Part shown: in pieces, positions 27,679-37,593 of the stretch
Layout: every line of letters begins with the position of its first letter
How positions within the stretch are numbered: the first letter of the stretch is position 1
NCBI GenBank assembly: GCA_039588295.1
Contig: JBDHAB010000001.1
Coordinates: forward strand, 96,001 to 160,000
DNA length: 64,000 nucleotides
Source: Gemmatimonadota bacterium
GTDB lineage: Bacteria; Gemmatimonadota; Gemmatimonadetes; Gemmatimonadales; GWC2-71-9
Direction: 5' to 3'
Program-made: the position numbers and the translations under genes
Notes under the pieces: model-generated
Database searches by the model: none
The model's input: only the letters and a program-made list of their open reading frames with translations
Told to the model about the DNA's origin: nothing

Positions 27679-28785
27679 CTGGAATTGCCTACTTCGCACA
27701 AGGTCCCTGTCTACTGGCTCCGGGAGCATGCCTGCGCGCCCATTCGGTGGCGTACGGTCACTGAAATCCTGCCCGCTGGTGCCGCGAGTCCAACCGACAT
27801 TGAGTCCCTCGGGGCCGAAGTTCTACAATACAAGGGCGTTACACAGACAATAAGGAAGCAGAAGTCAAACGGCGTCTGGGCAGCGAATATGCTTGGCCTG
27901 GCACCGGCAAAGGGTCAGGATCTTAAAGATGTCGGCACGGTGTCACAATACCGACACCTTGTAGAGCTCGGAGTACCGACGAGCGAGCGGCCTCTTCGTC
28001 TCGCTGAGCGCATGTTCTTCCGTTTGCTTTCGCGTGACGAGGATCCCGCGTTGCTCTTCGAGTATCGGAAAGCCGCGAAAGCGAATGCGGCGCTTGGGCC
28101 GTGGGCCCGTGAGTTCCTGCGCATGGCAGCGGCTGCGGCGTTAGCACATGGAGGACATTCCGAAGATCCGCGGGTGCGGGGCGCTGCGCACCGGGTCGCC
28201 ACGAGAATCTCCCAGTTTCTGCGGAGTGAGCTTGCTGACAAGCCGATCATTCGCAAGGCGTCACGCAACATTCTCCACCCAGACGCGTCCCCGCCCACCG
28301 TCTTCTCCGTGGCGGTCATCGCCCACATGGCGAGCCTCAAGCGGGAGCGGGCGGGTTTTGTTGAACGGCTGACCAGTTACTTGTCCCGGCCGGCGACGAA
28401 GCGAACGTTCGTCATCCAGGTGGGGCGCAAGGTCATCAAGCCGCAGTTCCACATACTGGGAGACCCGCTCAGGGCCGACAGCTCCGGGAACGCCAAAGAC
28501 CTGCCGTTCGCATTGTACTGGATGGAGTTGCTGGCGCGCCTCGGGATGCTGGCTGGCTCGTCCACCGCCCAACGGATTCTGGCCCGTTTGCTCAAGGATT
28601 GCGATGATCAGGGTGTCTGGAGCCCGAGGAATCTCCGGGCGCTTCCCAAAAGCAGTTCGAAGCTCGCCAACTTCTACTTCCCACTGGAAATCGACAGTGG
28701 GAACCACGACAGCCGGCGGGTCGACGTAACCTTTCGGCTTGCACTGATCGCGAAACTGGCTGGCTGGAACCTCGAGTACGTCTAG
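27679..28785 (+). CDS. Hypothetical alpha-helical protein; start uncertain (CTG 27679 or TTG 27685)
   Basis: Long ORF with coding-like composition; AGGAG at 27666-27670; QxxNGVW and DDQGVW motifs. Confidence 0.7.
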   Translation: MELPTSHKVPVYWLREHACAPIRWRTVTEILPAGAASPTDIESLGAEVLQYKGVTQTIRKQKSNGVWAANMLGLAPAKGQDLKDVGTVSQYRHLVELGVPTSERPLRLAERMFFRLLSRDEDPALLFEYRKAAKANAALGPWAREFLRMAAAAALAHGGHSEDPRVRGAAHRVATRISQFLRSELADKPIIRKASRNILHPDASPPTVFSVAVIAHMASLKRERAGFVERLTSYLSRPATKRTFVIQVGRKVIKPQFHILGDPLRADSSGNAKDLPFALYWMELLARLGMLAGSSTAQRILARLLKDCDDQGVWSPRNLRALPKSSSKLANFYFPLEIDSGNHDSRRVDVTFRLALIAKLAGWNLEYV

Positions 28786-28800
28786 CGCCTGCGCGGGCGT

Positions 28801-28853
28801 TTGCTCCCGATCATCGACGGTGTTACAATAGGAGTAGTTTCTACAACTCCTAT
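28801..28853 (+). promoter_or_regulatory. Sigma70 promoter with overlapping inverted repeat
   Basis: TTGCTC-N17-TACAAT with TG extension; ATAGGAGT-N10-ACTCCTAT at 28828-28853. Confidence 0.7.
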
Positions 28854-29550
28854 GCTAAACCTCGATCTGACGCCGTTTGGGTTCACCTCTACCGAGTCGC
28901 GGGCGTATGTTGACCTGGTCGCTCACGGACCGTCGTCGGGCTACGCCGTTGCCCGACGGTTGGACATTGCCCGAGCTAATTCCTACCAGGCGCTTCGAGG
29001 GCTGGTCGCGAAGAAGGCTGCCGAAGTGGCGGAATCCGAGCCACAGGTCTTCCGCGCCAGCCAGCCAAAGACGCTCCTCGCCCGGATCGCACGGCACGAG
29101 GCCGAGCAACTCGACGTGCTGGAGCAACAAATCGACACTTTGGGCAGCGAAGGAGCGCCAGGCACGGTTGAGTTCACCGGTGAGCGCGAGCTCTACGGTA
29201 TCGCCCTGCGGACCGTTCTGCGTGCCGATCGCGTGCATCTCATCGGGCCTCCGTCGGTCCTCTCGAGTTTGCTCCCCATTTGGCGCAAGCGCGCAGCCGA
29301 TGGGAGAGAGACCCTCGTCTGGTCCGTTGGAGCTGCTCCACAGAAGCTCCCGGTCGAAGTGGCAGGTACCATCAGTCCCGAGGCTCTTCGAGCCAGGGCG
29401 CAGGATCTGGCCATGATGCTCCTGTCCGACGGAGTCGTCGGACTGGGGAGGACGGAGGCCGGGACCCTCACGGGCCTCTGGTCCAGCGATCCGATCATCG
29501 TGGGCGCCGCCGAGGCTGCACTCGGCGGGATTCTCACAGCGGTGGGTTGA
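28852..29550 (+). CDS. TrmB-family HTH transcriptional regulator
   Basis: FGFTSTESRAYVDL...SGYAVARRLDIARANSYQALRGLVAK. Confidence 0.85.
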   Translation: MLNLDLTPFGFTSTESRAYVDLVAHGPSSGYAVARRLDIARANSYQALRGLVAKKAAEVAESEPQVFRASQPKTLLARIARHEAEQLDVLEQQIDTLGSEGAPGTVEFTGERELYGIALRTVLRADRVHLIGPPSVLSSLLPIWRKRAADGRETLVWSVGAAPQKLPVEVAGTISPEALRARAQDLAMMLLSDGVVGLGRTEAGTLTGLWSSDPIIVGAAEAALGGILTAVG

Positions 29551-29585
29551 CCGGCGGCCTCCCGCGGGTCACCTTCCTGAAGTAT

Positions 29586-29597
29586 CCAACCGGTTGG
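29586..29597. promoter_or_regulatory. Putative TetR operator
   Basis: Perfect palindrome CCAACCGGTTGG 6 nt before the tetR start. Confidence 0.55.
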
Positions 29598-29603
29598 TTG
29601 ACG

Positions 29604-30191
29604 GTGCCGACAGCTCAAAGGGACTCGAAACGCCTCATTGCAGAGGCGGCCCGCATCGAGTTCGCCGATTTCGGCTTCGACGGGGCGCGAATCGATCGCA
29701 TTGCCGGTAGGGCAGGCGTCAACAAACAGCTCCTCTACTACTACTTCGGCTCGAAGACGGGTCTGTATCAGGACCTCATCGACATGGCGTTTGCCGATCT
29801 GGCAGCCGACATCGGGGCGTCCGGCCCCATGGCGCATCCGGCGGAGCGATTGCGAACGCTCCTTAGCGAACTCCAGGAACGCCTTCGCACCAGGCCCGAG
29901 CTCGTCCGTCTCCTCGTCGCCAACGCGCAGCGCAAAGGACGCGGTGCCGAGTCGGCCGTGCGCGCGGTTCGCTGGCTCGTCGATCTCTTCGCTCAGGAAG
30001 TTTCGAAGGGGCAGGGGCTCGGCTACTTCCGAGACGACGTCGAGCCCAGTGGGATCGCCGAACTCACTGTCGCTTTCCTGGTGGGATCGACGGCTCTCGA
30101 ACCGGCGGCCCCGGAGACTGCCTCCGAGGTCGCGCACGCACGGTGGGTGCGCGACGCCGGCGACCTCATCGTTCGCGGTCTTTCCTGGTAG
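29604..30191 (+). CDS. TetR/AcrR family regulator
   Basis: EFADFGFDGARIDRIAGRAGVNKQLLYYYFGSK. Confidence 0.9.
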   Translation: MPTAQRDSKRLIAEAARIEFADFGFDGARIDRIAGRAGVNKQLLYYYFGSKTGLYQDLIDMAFADLAADIGASGPMAHPAERLRTLLSELQERLRTRPELVRLLVANAQRKGRGAESAVRAVRWLVDLFAQEVSKGQGLGYFRDDVEPSGIAELTVAFLVGSTALEPAAPETASEVAHARWVRDAGDLIVRGLSW

Positions 30192-30203
30192 CCTCGTCGC
30201 TGT

Positions 30204-32645
30204 CTACGTCGGCGTCGGCGCCAGTTCAGAGGGCGACTGCTCGGCACCCGAGGGAGCTGCGAACGCCGGTCGCCTGAGAGCGATATCCAGAACCTCGTTC
30301 AAACCGTCCACCGCATGCACCGTGATGCGTTGCCGCTCGCTCTCGCTGAGGTCCTCGAGATCGGCTACGTTTTCCTTCGGGAGGATGATATTGCTGATCC
30401 CCGCGCGGCAGGCGCCGAGCACTTTCTCTTTGAGCCCACCGATTGGCAAGACCCGACCGGAGAGCGTGATCTCTCCAGTCATAGCCACGTCGTGCCGTAC
30501 GGGGACGCCCGAGAGCGCACTCACCAGTGCGGTCGACATCGTAACGCCAGCCGAGGGCCCATCCTTGGGGATCGCGCCGGCGGGCACATGAATGTGCACG
30601 TCCTTGTCGGCGAGCGCCTCCTTGGGAATCCCTAGTTCCTTCGCCTTCGATTTCGCATACGTCAGTGCTGCCTGGGCGGACTCCTTCATCACGTCGCCCA
30701 ATTGGCCGGTCAAGACAAGGTGGTCTCGGCCTTCCATCACGGAAACCTCGACGAACATGATGTCGCCGCCGGCAGGCGTGTAGTACATCCCGGTCGCCAC
30801 GCCGATCTGATCTTCTCCCGCCGCACGTTCGGGGTGCACGGTGGGTCGGCCCAGGAGGTCGCCAATACCGTCACCTGCGAGCTCGCCCTGCTCCAGATCA
30901 CCGGCGGCCACTTTCCGCGCCACTTTGCGAGCGATCTTGGCGATCTCTCGCTCAAGCTGGCGGACGCCGGCCTCGCGCGTATAGCCAGCGATCAGTGCGC
31001 GAACCGCGTCGTCGCGCAGCGTCAGTTCCTTCTCACTGAGTCCGGCCTCAACGAGCTGGCGTGGGATGAGATACTGCCGTGCAATCGCCAGTTTCTCATG
31101 CTCGGTGTACCCACTGAACTCCACCGTCTCCATTCGATCGAGCAGCGGCACGGGGATATTCTGCCGGACGTTCGCCGTAGCTATGAAGAGCACCTCCGAC
31201 AGATCGAACGGCACACCGAGGTAGTGGTCAGTGAACGAATCGTTCTGCGCCGGATCCAGCACCTCGAGGAGCGCGGACGCTGGGTCCCCTTGGAATGACA
31301 CGCCGAGTTTGTCGACTTCGTCGAGCAGGAACACCGGGTTCTTGGTGCCCGCCCGCTTCATCCCCCCGATAATGCGACCCGCCATGGCCCCGACATACGT
31401 ACGTCGGTGACCCCGGATGTCGGCTTCATCCCGAGCACCCCCCAGCGAGATGCGAACGTATCGCCTTCCCATCGACCGTGCGATGGACTTGGCGATCGAC
31501 GTCTTTCCGACACCCGGAGGCCCGATGAAGAGCAGGATCGATCCCTTGGTGCCACGATCATCCTCGTTCCCGACCGCCTCGCTCACTCGCTCGCCCGGGC
31601 CTCGGACCTTGAGGAGTTGCCGCACCGCGAGAAACTCGAGCACTCGATCCTTCACGTCCTGAAGGCCGTAGTGATCCTCGTCGAGGATCTTCGCTGCCTC
31701 CTTCAGATCGAGATGGTCTTCACTGCGAATGCTCCATGGCAGCTCGGCAATGGTCTCGAGGAATGTGCGAATGATCTGCGATTCCATCGAGTCGCGCCCC
31801 GATCGCTCGAGCCGTCGCAGTTCTCGGCCCACCTCCTCACGCACGCCCTCCGGAAGATCCAACTTCAGAATCCGCTCGCGGAGTTCCTCCACTTCCGCGG
31901 CCGAATCGTCGTCTCCGAGCTCCTTACGAATCGCTTTGAGCTGTTCCCGCAAGAACATCTCGCGTTGTCGCTCGCCGATCTCTTCCTGAACTTTGGATTT
32001 GATCTCTTCCTGCGCGTCGACCAGGGATAATTGCCGTTGCACGTGAATCAACACGCGACGCAGGCGCTCTTCGATGCCGCGCGTTTCCAGCAGCGCTTGG
32101 CGCTCAGCCGGTGAGATTTCGATATAGCCCGCCACCAGGTCGCCAAAACGTCCCGGCTCCTCGACGCCCTCGAGTACCTGCTCCACCACCTCCTGCGGCA
32201 ACCCCATCTTGAGTCCGAGTTCCGAAGCGCGCTCACGGACTTCCTTGTGGAGCGCGACGAACGCGGCGTCTTCCGAGTCGAGCGGCGGAAGATCGGGAGC
32301 CTCCTGCACCACCGCCTCGATGAAGCCGCTCGACTCGGAGTACTGCAGGACGGCAGCCCGGTACTCTCCATGGAGCAGCAGTTGGATGCCACCGAGTCCC
32401 CGCTGCACCTGCCCCACGCGAGCGACGGTACCGGTCGTATAAAGGACTTCGGGCTGTGCTTGCTCGACGTTGTCCCGCTGCGCAACTGCGAAGATCAGGT
32501 GATCCTCGTTCTTGATCGCCGCTTCGATCGCGCGCAGGGTCGCCGGGCGACCCGCACCGATCGGTGCAGTCACGCCCGGGAACATCACCGTCTCCCGGAG
32601 AGGGAGCACGGGCAAGCGCAAGCGGCTCGATTGCCGGTCAGTCAT
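30204..32645 (-). CDS. lon: ATP-dependent Lon protease
   Basis: LPVLPLR, GPPGVGKTS, LLDEVDK, PKDGPSAG, IGGLKEK. Confidence 0.97.
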   Translation of the reverse strand: MTDRQSSRLRLPVLPLRETVMFPGVTAPIGAGRPATLRAIEAAIKNEDHLIFAVAQRDNVEQAQPEVLYTTGTVARVGQVQRGLGGIQLLLHGEYRAAVLQYSESSGFIEAVVQEAPDLPPLDSEDAAFVALHKEVRERASELGLKMGLPQEVVEQVLEGVEEPGRFGDLVAGYIEISPAERQALLETRGIEERLRRVLIHVQRQLSLVDAQEEIKSKVQEEIGERQREMFLREQLKAIRKELGDDDSAAEVEELRERILKLDLPEGVREEVGRELRRLERSGRDSMESQIIRTFLETIAELPWSIRSEDHLDLKEAAKILDEDHYGLQDVKDRVLEFLAVRQLLKVRGPGERVSEAVGNEDDRGTKGSILLFIGPPGVGKTSIAKSIARSMGRRYVRISLGGARDEADIRGHRRTYVGAMAGRIIGGMKRAGTKNPVFLLDEVDKLGVSFQGDPASALLEVLDPAQNDSFTDHYLGVPFDLSEVLFIATANVRQNIPVPLLDRMETVEFSGYTEHEKLAIARQYLIPRQLVEAGLSEKELTLRDDAVRALIAGYTREAGVRQLEREIAKIARKVARKVAAGDLEQGELAGDGIGDLLGRPTVHPERAAGEDQIGVATGMYYTPAGGDIMFVEVSVMEGRDHLVLTGQLGDVMKESAQAALTYAKSKAKELGIPKEALADKDVHIHVPAGAIPKDGPSAGVTMSTALVSALSGVPVRHDVAMTGEITLSGRVLPIGGLKEKVLGACRAGISNIILPKENVADLEDLSESERQRITVHAVDGLNEVLDIALRRPAFAAPSGAEQSPSELAPTPT

Positions 32646-32703
32646 TCTCACCTCGTCGGCGGGCGCTTGCCCGCCGTGTCGTCTGCGTCGGATTCACCGG
32701 CGC

Positions 32704-32719
32704 GCGAGAAACATGCCAG
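32704..32719 (-). promoter_or_regulatory. Possible sigma54 promoter of lon
   Basis: CTGGCATGTTTCTCGC, GG-N10-GC spacing. Confidence 0.45.
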
Positions 32720-32835
32720 GTGAAACCCGGAAAACGGGTCATTCTAGCGCCTTCAACACCTCGTTTGACGGTCGGGTTCCTGCCGAAACTACCGCGGTGG
32801 AGAGCTGCCTGCCACATTGGCGGAGACAGCAGGTG

Positions 32836-33120
32836 TTACGGTGCGCGCGGGGCGACGTTGAGGAGGGCCCGGAGCTCGGATTCCGTCAGCTGTTCGAACA
32901 AGCCAGCCCGCGCCTGCACTTCACGGGCGGCCTCGGACCCGTCCGACATACACTCAAAACGAATGATATCAGCCGGTTCCGGGAATGCGCGTTTGGATTT
33001 CCCGGTCGGGATCAACCCCGAGGTCCGCCCAACCCGCTCCGCGGACCACCGGCGACCCGTATCGTCCGTCACCCAACGCATCGATGGCCTTTGCTCGGGT
33101 AGCCTCCGGTTGCCCCTCAC
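32836..33120 (-). CDS. Small hypothetical protein (start may be 33081)
   Basis: Fills the gap between lon and the kinase; MRWVTDDTGRRW...LTESELRALL. Confidence 0.55.
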   Translation of the reverse strand: MRGNRRLPEQRPSMRWVTDDTGRRWSAERVGRTSGLIPTGKSKRAFPEPADIIRFECMSDGSEAAREVQARAGLFEQLTESELRALLNVAPRAP

Positions 33121-33163
33121 CTAGGGGTACGTTAATCTATCCCCGGTCTGGAGCTTATGCTAC

Positions 33164-35044
33164 ATGGAAGAGGCGAAACAGGGACCGCTTGCTGCGCGTC
33201 TGGCAGACATTCTTACCGGTGCCTATGAGATCGAGGGCGAGATCGGGCGCGGCGGCATGGGCATCGTCTACAGCGCCCGCGATGTCAAACTGAAACGCCG
33301 CGTTGCGATAAAACTCCTCCCCCCCGAACTCGCATTCCGCCAAGAGATCCGCACACGGTTTACCCGCGAGGCGCAGACCGCCGCCCGTCTTTCGCATCCA
33401 CACATCGTTCCGATCCACAGCGTCGGCGAAGATGCCGGCCTTGTCTACTTCGTGATGGGGTATGTGGACGGCGAATCTCTGGCTGCGCGCCTCCGCCGTC
33501 GGGAGCGGCTGCCGGCCGACGAAGCCCGTCGCATTATGAAGGAAACGGCGGATGCCCTCGGGCTCGCGCACGCGATGGGGGTCGTTCACCGCGACATCAA
33601 GCCGGACAACATTCTGCTTGAAGGCACCCGCCGCCGGGTCATGGTCACCGATTTCGGGATCGCCAAGGCACTTTCCGATGCCAGCGGGGGGACCCTCACC
33701 GGGACCGGCGTTGCCATCGGGACCCCGGCGTACATGAGCCCTGAGCAAGCCGCGGGGGAACGAGAGATCGATGCGCGCAGCGATCTCTACTCGCTCGGCG
33801 TCGTCGCGTACGAGATGCTCACCGGTGAAGTGCCGTTCAAGGCGCCCACCGTGGCCGGGATCCTCCTCAAGCAAGTCACGCAGCCGGTTCCGAACATTCT
33901 CCAGTCCCGCCCTGACTGCCCTGAGGATCTTGCGACCACCGTGCTGCGCTGCCTCGACAAGGAGGCCGACAGGCGCTGGCCCACGGCAGACGCGTTACGC
34001 CGAGCGCTCGAGAGCCGCTCCGTCGCCCCGTACCGCCCGCGCTCGCCCCTGTCACGCCGCCCGGCCCGCCCCCGTCCTGCGCCCGCGAACCGTGACTCTG
34101 ATTGGTGGGAATGGTTCGAGGAGGGCAAGCAGTCTCCCGAACGCCGACGCCACGCGCTACGGGAGCGACGGGCGGAAGCCCGTCAACCCGCAAAAGCAAA
34201 GCCAGAGAAGGGCGGGGAGCCGGGCATCGTCCGGAAATTCCGTGCGAATTTTGCCTCCTATGTCTCGGTGAACGGCGGCCTGCTGCTCCTCAACGTCGTC
34301 ACCGGCATCGAGTCCCCCTGGTTCCTGTTCCCGGCGATCGGCTGGGGCATCGGATTGGCCTCCCAATACGGCCGGCTTTGGTCATCCGGATACAGCATGC
34401 GGGATGTACTCAACCGCCCAGCGGCGGTGGACGCGCTCCCCTCGCCATCAAAGCCGGGCAGCCACGCCCGCGCCGAGCCGCGGCTCCCCGAACCCACCTC
34501 GGGGGAGTTCGGCAGGGCAGCGGGCCAGATCGAACAGATGCGCAAGGATCAAGCGGCGATCGCTCGGCTCGTGGAGCGGCTGCCAGAGTCGGAACGAGAC
34601 ATGCTGCCGGACGTGGGACCCACGGTCGAGGCGCTCTACCAGCGTGCGGTTGAGCTGGCCCGAACGCTTCAGCAGATGGAAGGAACCGTGGACAACGACG
34701 CGCTCGCCGATTTGGATGGGCGCATCGAGGAGATTCAGCGGGAGAGCCAGAGCGCTGAGAAGGATCGACGGCTCGACCTGTTACGCCGCCAGCGCGCGAC
34801 CCTGGCCGAGCTTGTTTCGCGTCGGGATAAGGTCGAAGCGCAGTTCGAATCCTGCGTGCTCGCCATTCAGAACGTCCGCTTCGACCTGTTGCGACTCCGC
34901 TCCGCAGGCGTCGCCGAGGTGCTGAGCGACCTCACCTCCGCCACGCAAGCTGCGCGCGCGCTGCAGATCGACGTTGAGGCAGCCATCGATGCAGCCGGGG
35001 AGATCAAACAGGCCTTGGGGCGGGGCACGACCGCAAAGCCCTGA
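33164..35044 (+). CDS. Hanks-type Ser/Thr kinase with a 2TM domain and coiled-coil tail
   Basis: GRGGMG, VAIK, HRDIKPDN, DFG, GTPAYMSPEQ; PWFLFPAIGWGIGL. Confidence 0.95.
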   Translation: MEEAKQGPLAARLADILTGAYEIEGEIGRGGMGIVYSARDVKLKRRVAIKLLPPELAFRQEIRTRFTREAQTAARLSHPHIVPIHSVGEDAGLVYFVMGYVDGESLAARLRRRERLPADEARRIMKETADALGLAHAMGVVHRDIKPDNILLEGTRRRVMVTDFGIAKALSDASGGTLTGTGVAIGTPAYMSPEQAAGEREIDARSDLYSLGVVAYEMLTGEVPFKAPTVAGILLKQVTQPVPNILQSRPDCPEDLATTVLRCLDKEADRRWPTADALRRALESRSVAPYRPRSPLSRRPARPRPAPANRDSDWWEWFEEGKQSPERRRHALRERRAEARQPAKAKPEKGGEPGIVRKFRANFASYVSVNGGLLLLNVVTGIESPWFLFPAIGWGIGLASQYGRLWSSGYSMRDVLNRPAAVDALPSPSKPGSHARAEPRLPEPTSGEFGRAAGQIEQMRKDQAAIARLVERLPESERDMLPDVGPTVEALYQRAVELARTLQQMEGTVDNDALADLDGRIEEIQRESQSAEKDRRLDLLRRQRATLAELVSRRDKVEAQFESCVLAIQNVRFDLLRLRSAGVAEVLSDLTSATQAARALQIDVEAAIDAAGEIKQALGRGTTAKP

Positions 35045-35119
35045 CAGGTGGCGTAGCAGTGTCACCGAGCACCTGCATGCGCGTGGGTGTCAGCCGCGTC
35101 CGATCTCGCTATCTCGACA

Positions 35120-37270
35120 TCAGAAGCGATGCAATGCCTGAATAGCTGTCTTCAAGTCGCTGACCTGGGGCAGAATCACGTCTTCTAGCTCAGGCGAATA
35201 GGCCACGAACGTATCCATCGACCCCACGCGACGCACCGGCGCATCGAGCCACGTGAACCACTCGTCTGCCACCCGGGCGGCGATCTCCGATCCGTATCCC
35301 CAGGAGAGGTTGTCTTCATACGCGACGAGTACCTTGTTCGTCTTCTGCACCGAGCGACCAATGGTCTCCCAGTCAACGGGGTTGAGTGAGCGAAGGTCGA
35401 GTACCTCGGTGCTGATGCCCTCGGACTCCTCCAGTTCCTTGGCTGCGGTCACCGACCGTTGGACGACCGCACCGTACGTCACCACAGTGAGGTCCGTTCC
35501 CTCCCGCACGACCTTCGCCTTTCCAAACGGGATCATGAAATTCCGTCCGGGATACGGTGCCTTGTTGTAGGTCTGACGGTACAGATGCTTGTGCTCGAGA
35601 AAGACCACCGGATCGTCGCAGCGAATCGCTGTGCGCAACAACCCGTTGGCGTCGAGCGCGGTGGCCGGACACACAACCCGCAGGCCGGGGATGCCGGTAT
35701 ACACCGCGGCACCAGTCTGCGAGTGGTAGATCGCGCCGCCCTTCAGGTAGCCACCGTAGGTGACTCGCACAACGACAGGCGCGCTGAAGGCGTTGTTGCT
35801 TCGCCAGCGCAGCAGCGCCAACTCATTCCGAATTTGGTGATACGCGGGCCAGATGTAATCGAAGAACTGAATCTCGACCACGGGCTTGATGCCTCGGGTG
35901 GCAAGTCCGATGGCACGCCCGACAATGTTCGCCTCGGCGAGCGGTGAGTTGTAGACGCGGTCGCTGCCGAACTGCTTTTGTAACCCCCACGTCACTTTGA
36001 ACACGCCACCCTTGCCTTTGACTTGCTCGAGGTGCTCGTCTCGAGAAACATCCGCAATATCCTCCCCGAACACGACGATCCGGGGGTCACGCTCCATTTC
36101 GTCACGCAGGCACTTGTTGAGCAGGTCCACCATCGTGGTGGGATCGTTCTCGAACTGAGGATCGTCCTCCGTGTCGAACGAGTCAGCGGTGGGATCCACG
36201 TCAGGCGAGTACACATAGAGATGGACCGTGTCCGGCGCCGGTTGCGGCGATGCCAACGCCACCTCGGTCGCCAGCTCAACCTCCTCCTCGACCTGCGCTC
36301 GGATTTCGTCGAGCTCCGGCTCAGTGGCCACCCCCCGCTCGATGAGCTGCGCGGGAAACGTGAGCAGTGGATCGCGGAGTGCTTCCTCGTCGCGTTCCTT
36401 GCTGGACCTGTAGTGAACCTCGTCGTCCGAAAGCGAATGCGAGTACGGTCGAATGACGTCAGCGTGAATCAACGCCGGGCCCTTTCGCGCGCGACAGTGC
36501 GCCACCGCGCCCGCCAACACCTCGTAGGAGAGAATCGGGTCGCACCCGTCCATGTCGTCCACGTAGAGGTTTGGAAAGCAGGAAACCAGACTGCTGATCG
36601 ACCCACCCGCCGTTTGCACCTCCACCGGCACCGAGATGGCGTAACCGTTGTCTTCGACGAGGAACAACACGGGCAACTGCAGGTTACTGGCGGTGTTGAG
36701 CGCCTCCCAAAACTCTCCCTCGCTCGTGGTCCCGTCTCCCGACGTGCACAACACAACCTCGTCACGTTGAATCCGAGTGTCCCGATCCGGAATGCTCTCG
36801 ATGCGATCGTAGCGCAGCCACGCCTCGGCACAGCCTACGGCGTTCAGGAACTGTGTACCGGTGGGGCTCGAGCTGCTGACGATGTTGAACGCGTGGTGCC
36901 CCCAGTGCGACGGCATCTGTCGTCCACCCGAGTTCGGATCGTCCGCGGCGGCGACCGCCGACAGGAGCATCTCGGTGGGAGTCATTCCCAGGGCAAGGCA
37001 CAGCGCACGGTCACGGTAGTACGGGTAGAACCAATCGTACCCGGACTTCAGGATCTTACCGGCCGCAACCAGCACGCCCTCATGTCCGGCTCCGGAGATC
37101 TGGAAGAAGATCTTGTTCTGCCGCTTGAGCTGAATCTCCTTGTCGTCGAGGCGGCGAGACATGACCATGATCCGGTACATGTCGAGGAGCTCTTGCTTCT
37201 CGAACCGCGAAGCGCGGCGTTTCCGTCTGGGGCTCGTGGAGATTCCTTCGGGTGTCGCTCGGGAGGTCAT
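35120..37270 (-). CDS. 2-oxoacid (probably branched-chain) dehydrogenase E1, fused alpha/beta
   Basis: [25 protein letters not shown] (TPP), HSLSDD, GGVFKVT, EIQFFDY. Confidence 0.93.
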   Translation of the reverse strand: MTSRATPEGISTSPRRKRRASRFEKQELLDMYRIMVMSRRLDDKEIQLKRQNKIFFQISGAGHEGVLVAAGKILKSGYDWFYPYYRDRALCLALGMTPTEMLLSAVAAADDPNSGGRQMPSHWGHHAFNIVSSSSPTGTQFLNAVGCAEAWLRYDRIESIPDRDTRIQRDEVVLCTSGDGTTSEGEFWEALNTASNLQLPVLFLVEDNGYAISVPVEVQTAGGSISSLVSCFPNLYVDDMDGCDPILSYEVLAGAVAHCRARKGPALIHADVIRPYSHSLSDDEVHYRSSKERDEEALRDPLLTFPAQLIERGVATEPELDEIRAQVEEEVELATEVALASPQPAPDTVHLYVYSPDVDPTADSFDTEDDPQFENDPTTMVDLLNKCLRDEMERDPRIVVFGEDIADVSRDEHLEQVKGKGGVFKVTWGLQKQFGSDRVYNSPLAEANIVGRAIGLATRGIKPVVEIQFFDYIWPAYHQIRNELALLRWRSNNAFSAPVVVRVTYGGYLKGGAIYHSQTGAAVYTGIPGLRVVCPATALDANGLLRTAIRCDDPVVFLEHKHLYRQTYNKAPYPGRNFMIPFGKAKVVREGTDLTVVTYGAVVQRSVTAAKELEESEGISTEVLDLRSLNPVDWETIGRSVQKTNKVLVAYEDNLSWGYGSEIAARVADEWFTWLDAPVRRVGSMDTFVAYSPELEDVILPQVSDLKTAIQALHRF

Positions 37271-37289
37271 GGGGCGTAAAGATAGTCCA

Positions 37290-37541
37290 TCATCGACGCT
37301 TCGTCAGCTTACGCAGGCTCTCCAACTTCTCCAGCGTCGACTGCGACGCTGGCTTCTCCCCAGCGGTTGCGAGCGCATCCCGGATGTCCAGCAGAACCTC
37401 CAAGATCAGCTGCTCGCGCTGAAACGACGCATCAAGCTGCGCCATGCGACTCGCGTCACCTACCTCGGAGGCACGCGCGTATTCCTCCCGATAGATAGTC
37501 TCGAGATTGGTCAGGATGCGTTCTCGTGGACGTGGTTCCAT
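37290..37541 (-). CDS. Small hypothetical protein
   Basis: 83-aa helical ORF in operon orientation. Confidence 0.65.
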   Translation of the reverse strand: MEPRPRERILTNLETIYREEYARASEVGDASRMAQLDASFQREQLILEVLLDIRDALATAGEKPASQSTLEKLESLRKLTKRR

Positions 37542-37593
37542 GATCCACCATCATGAATGACGGAGGCTCGCTGTATCAACGATTGACCGAGCG

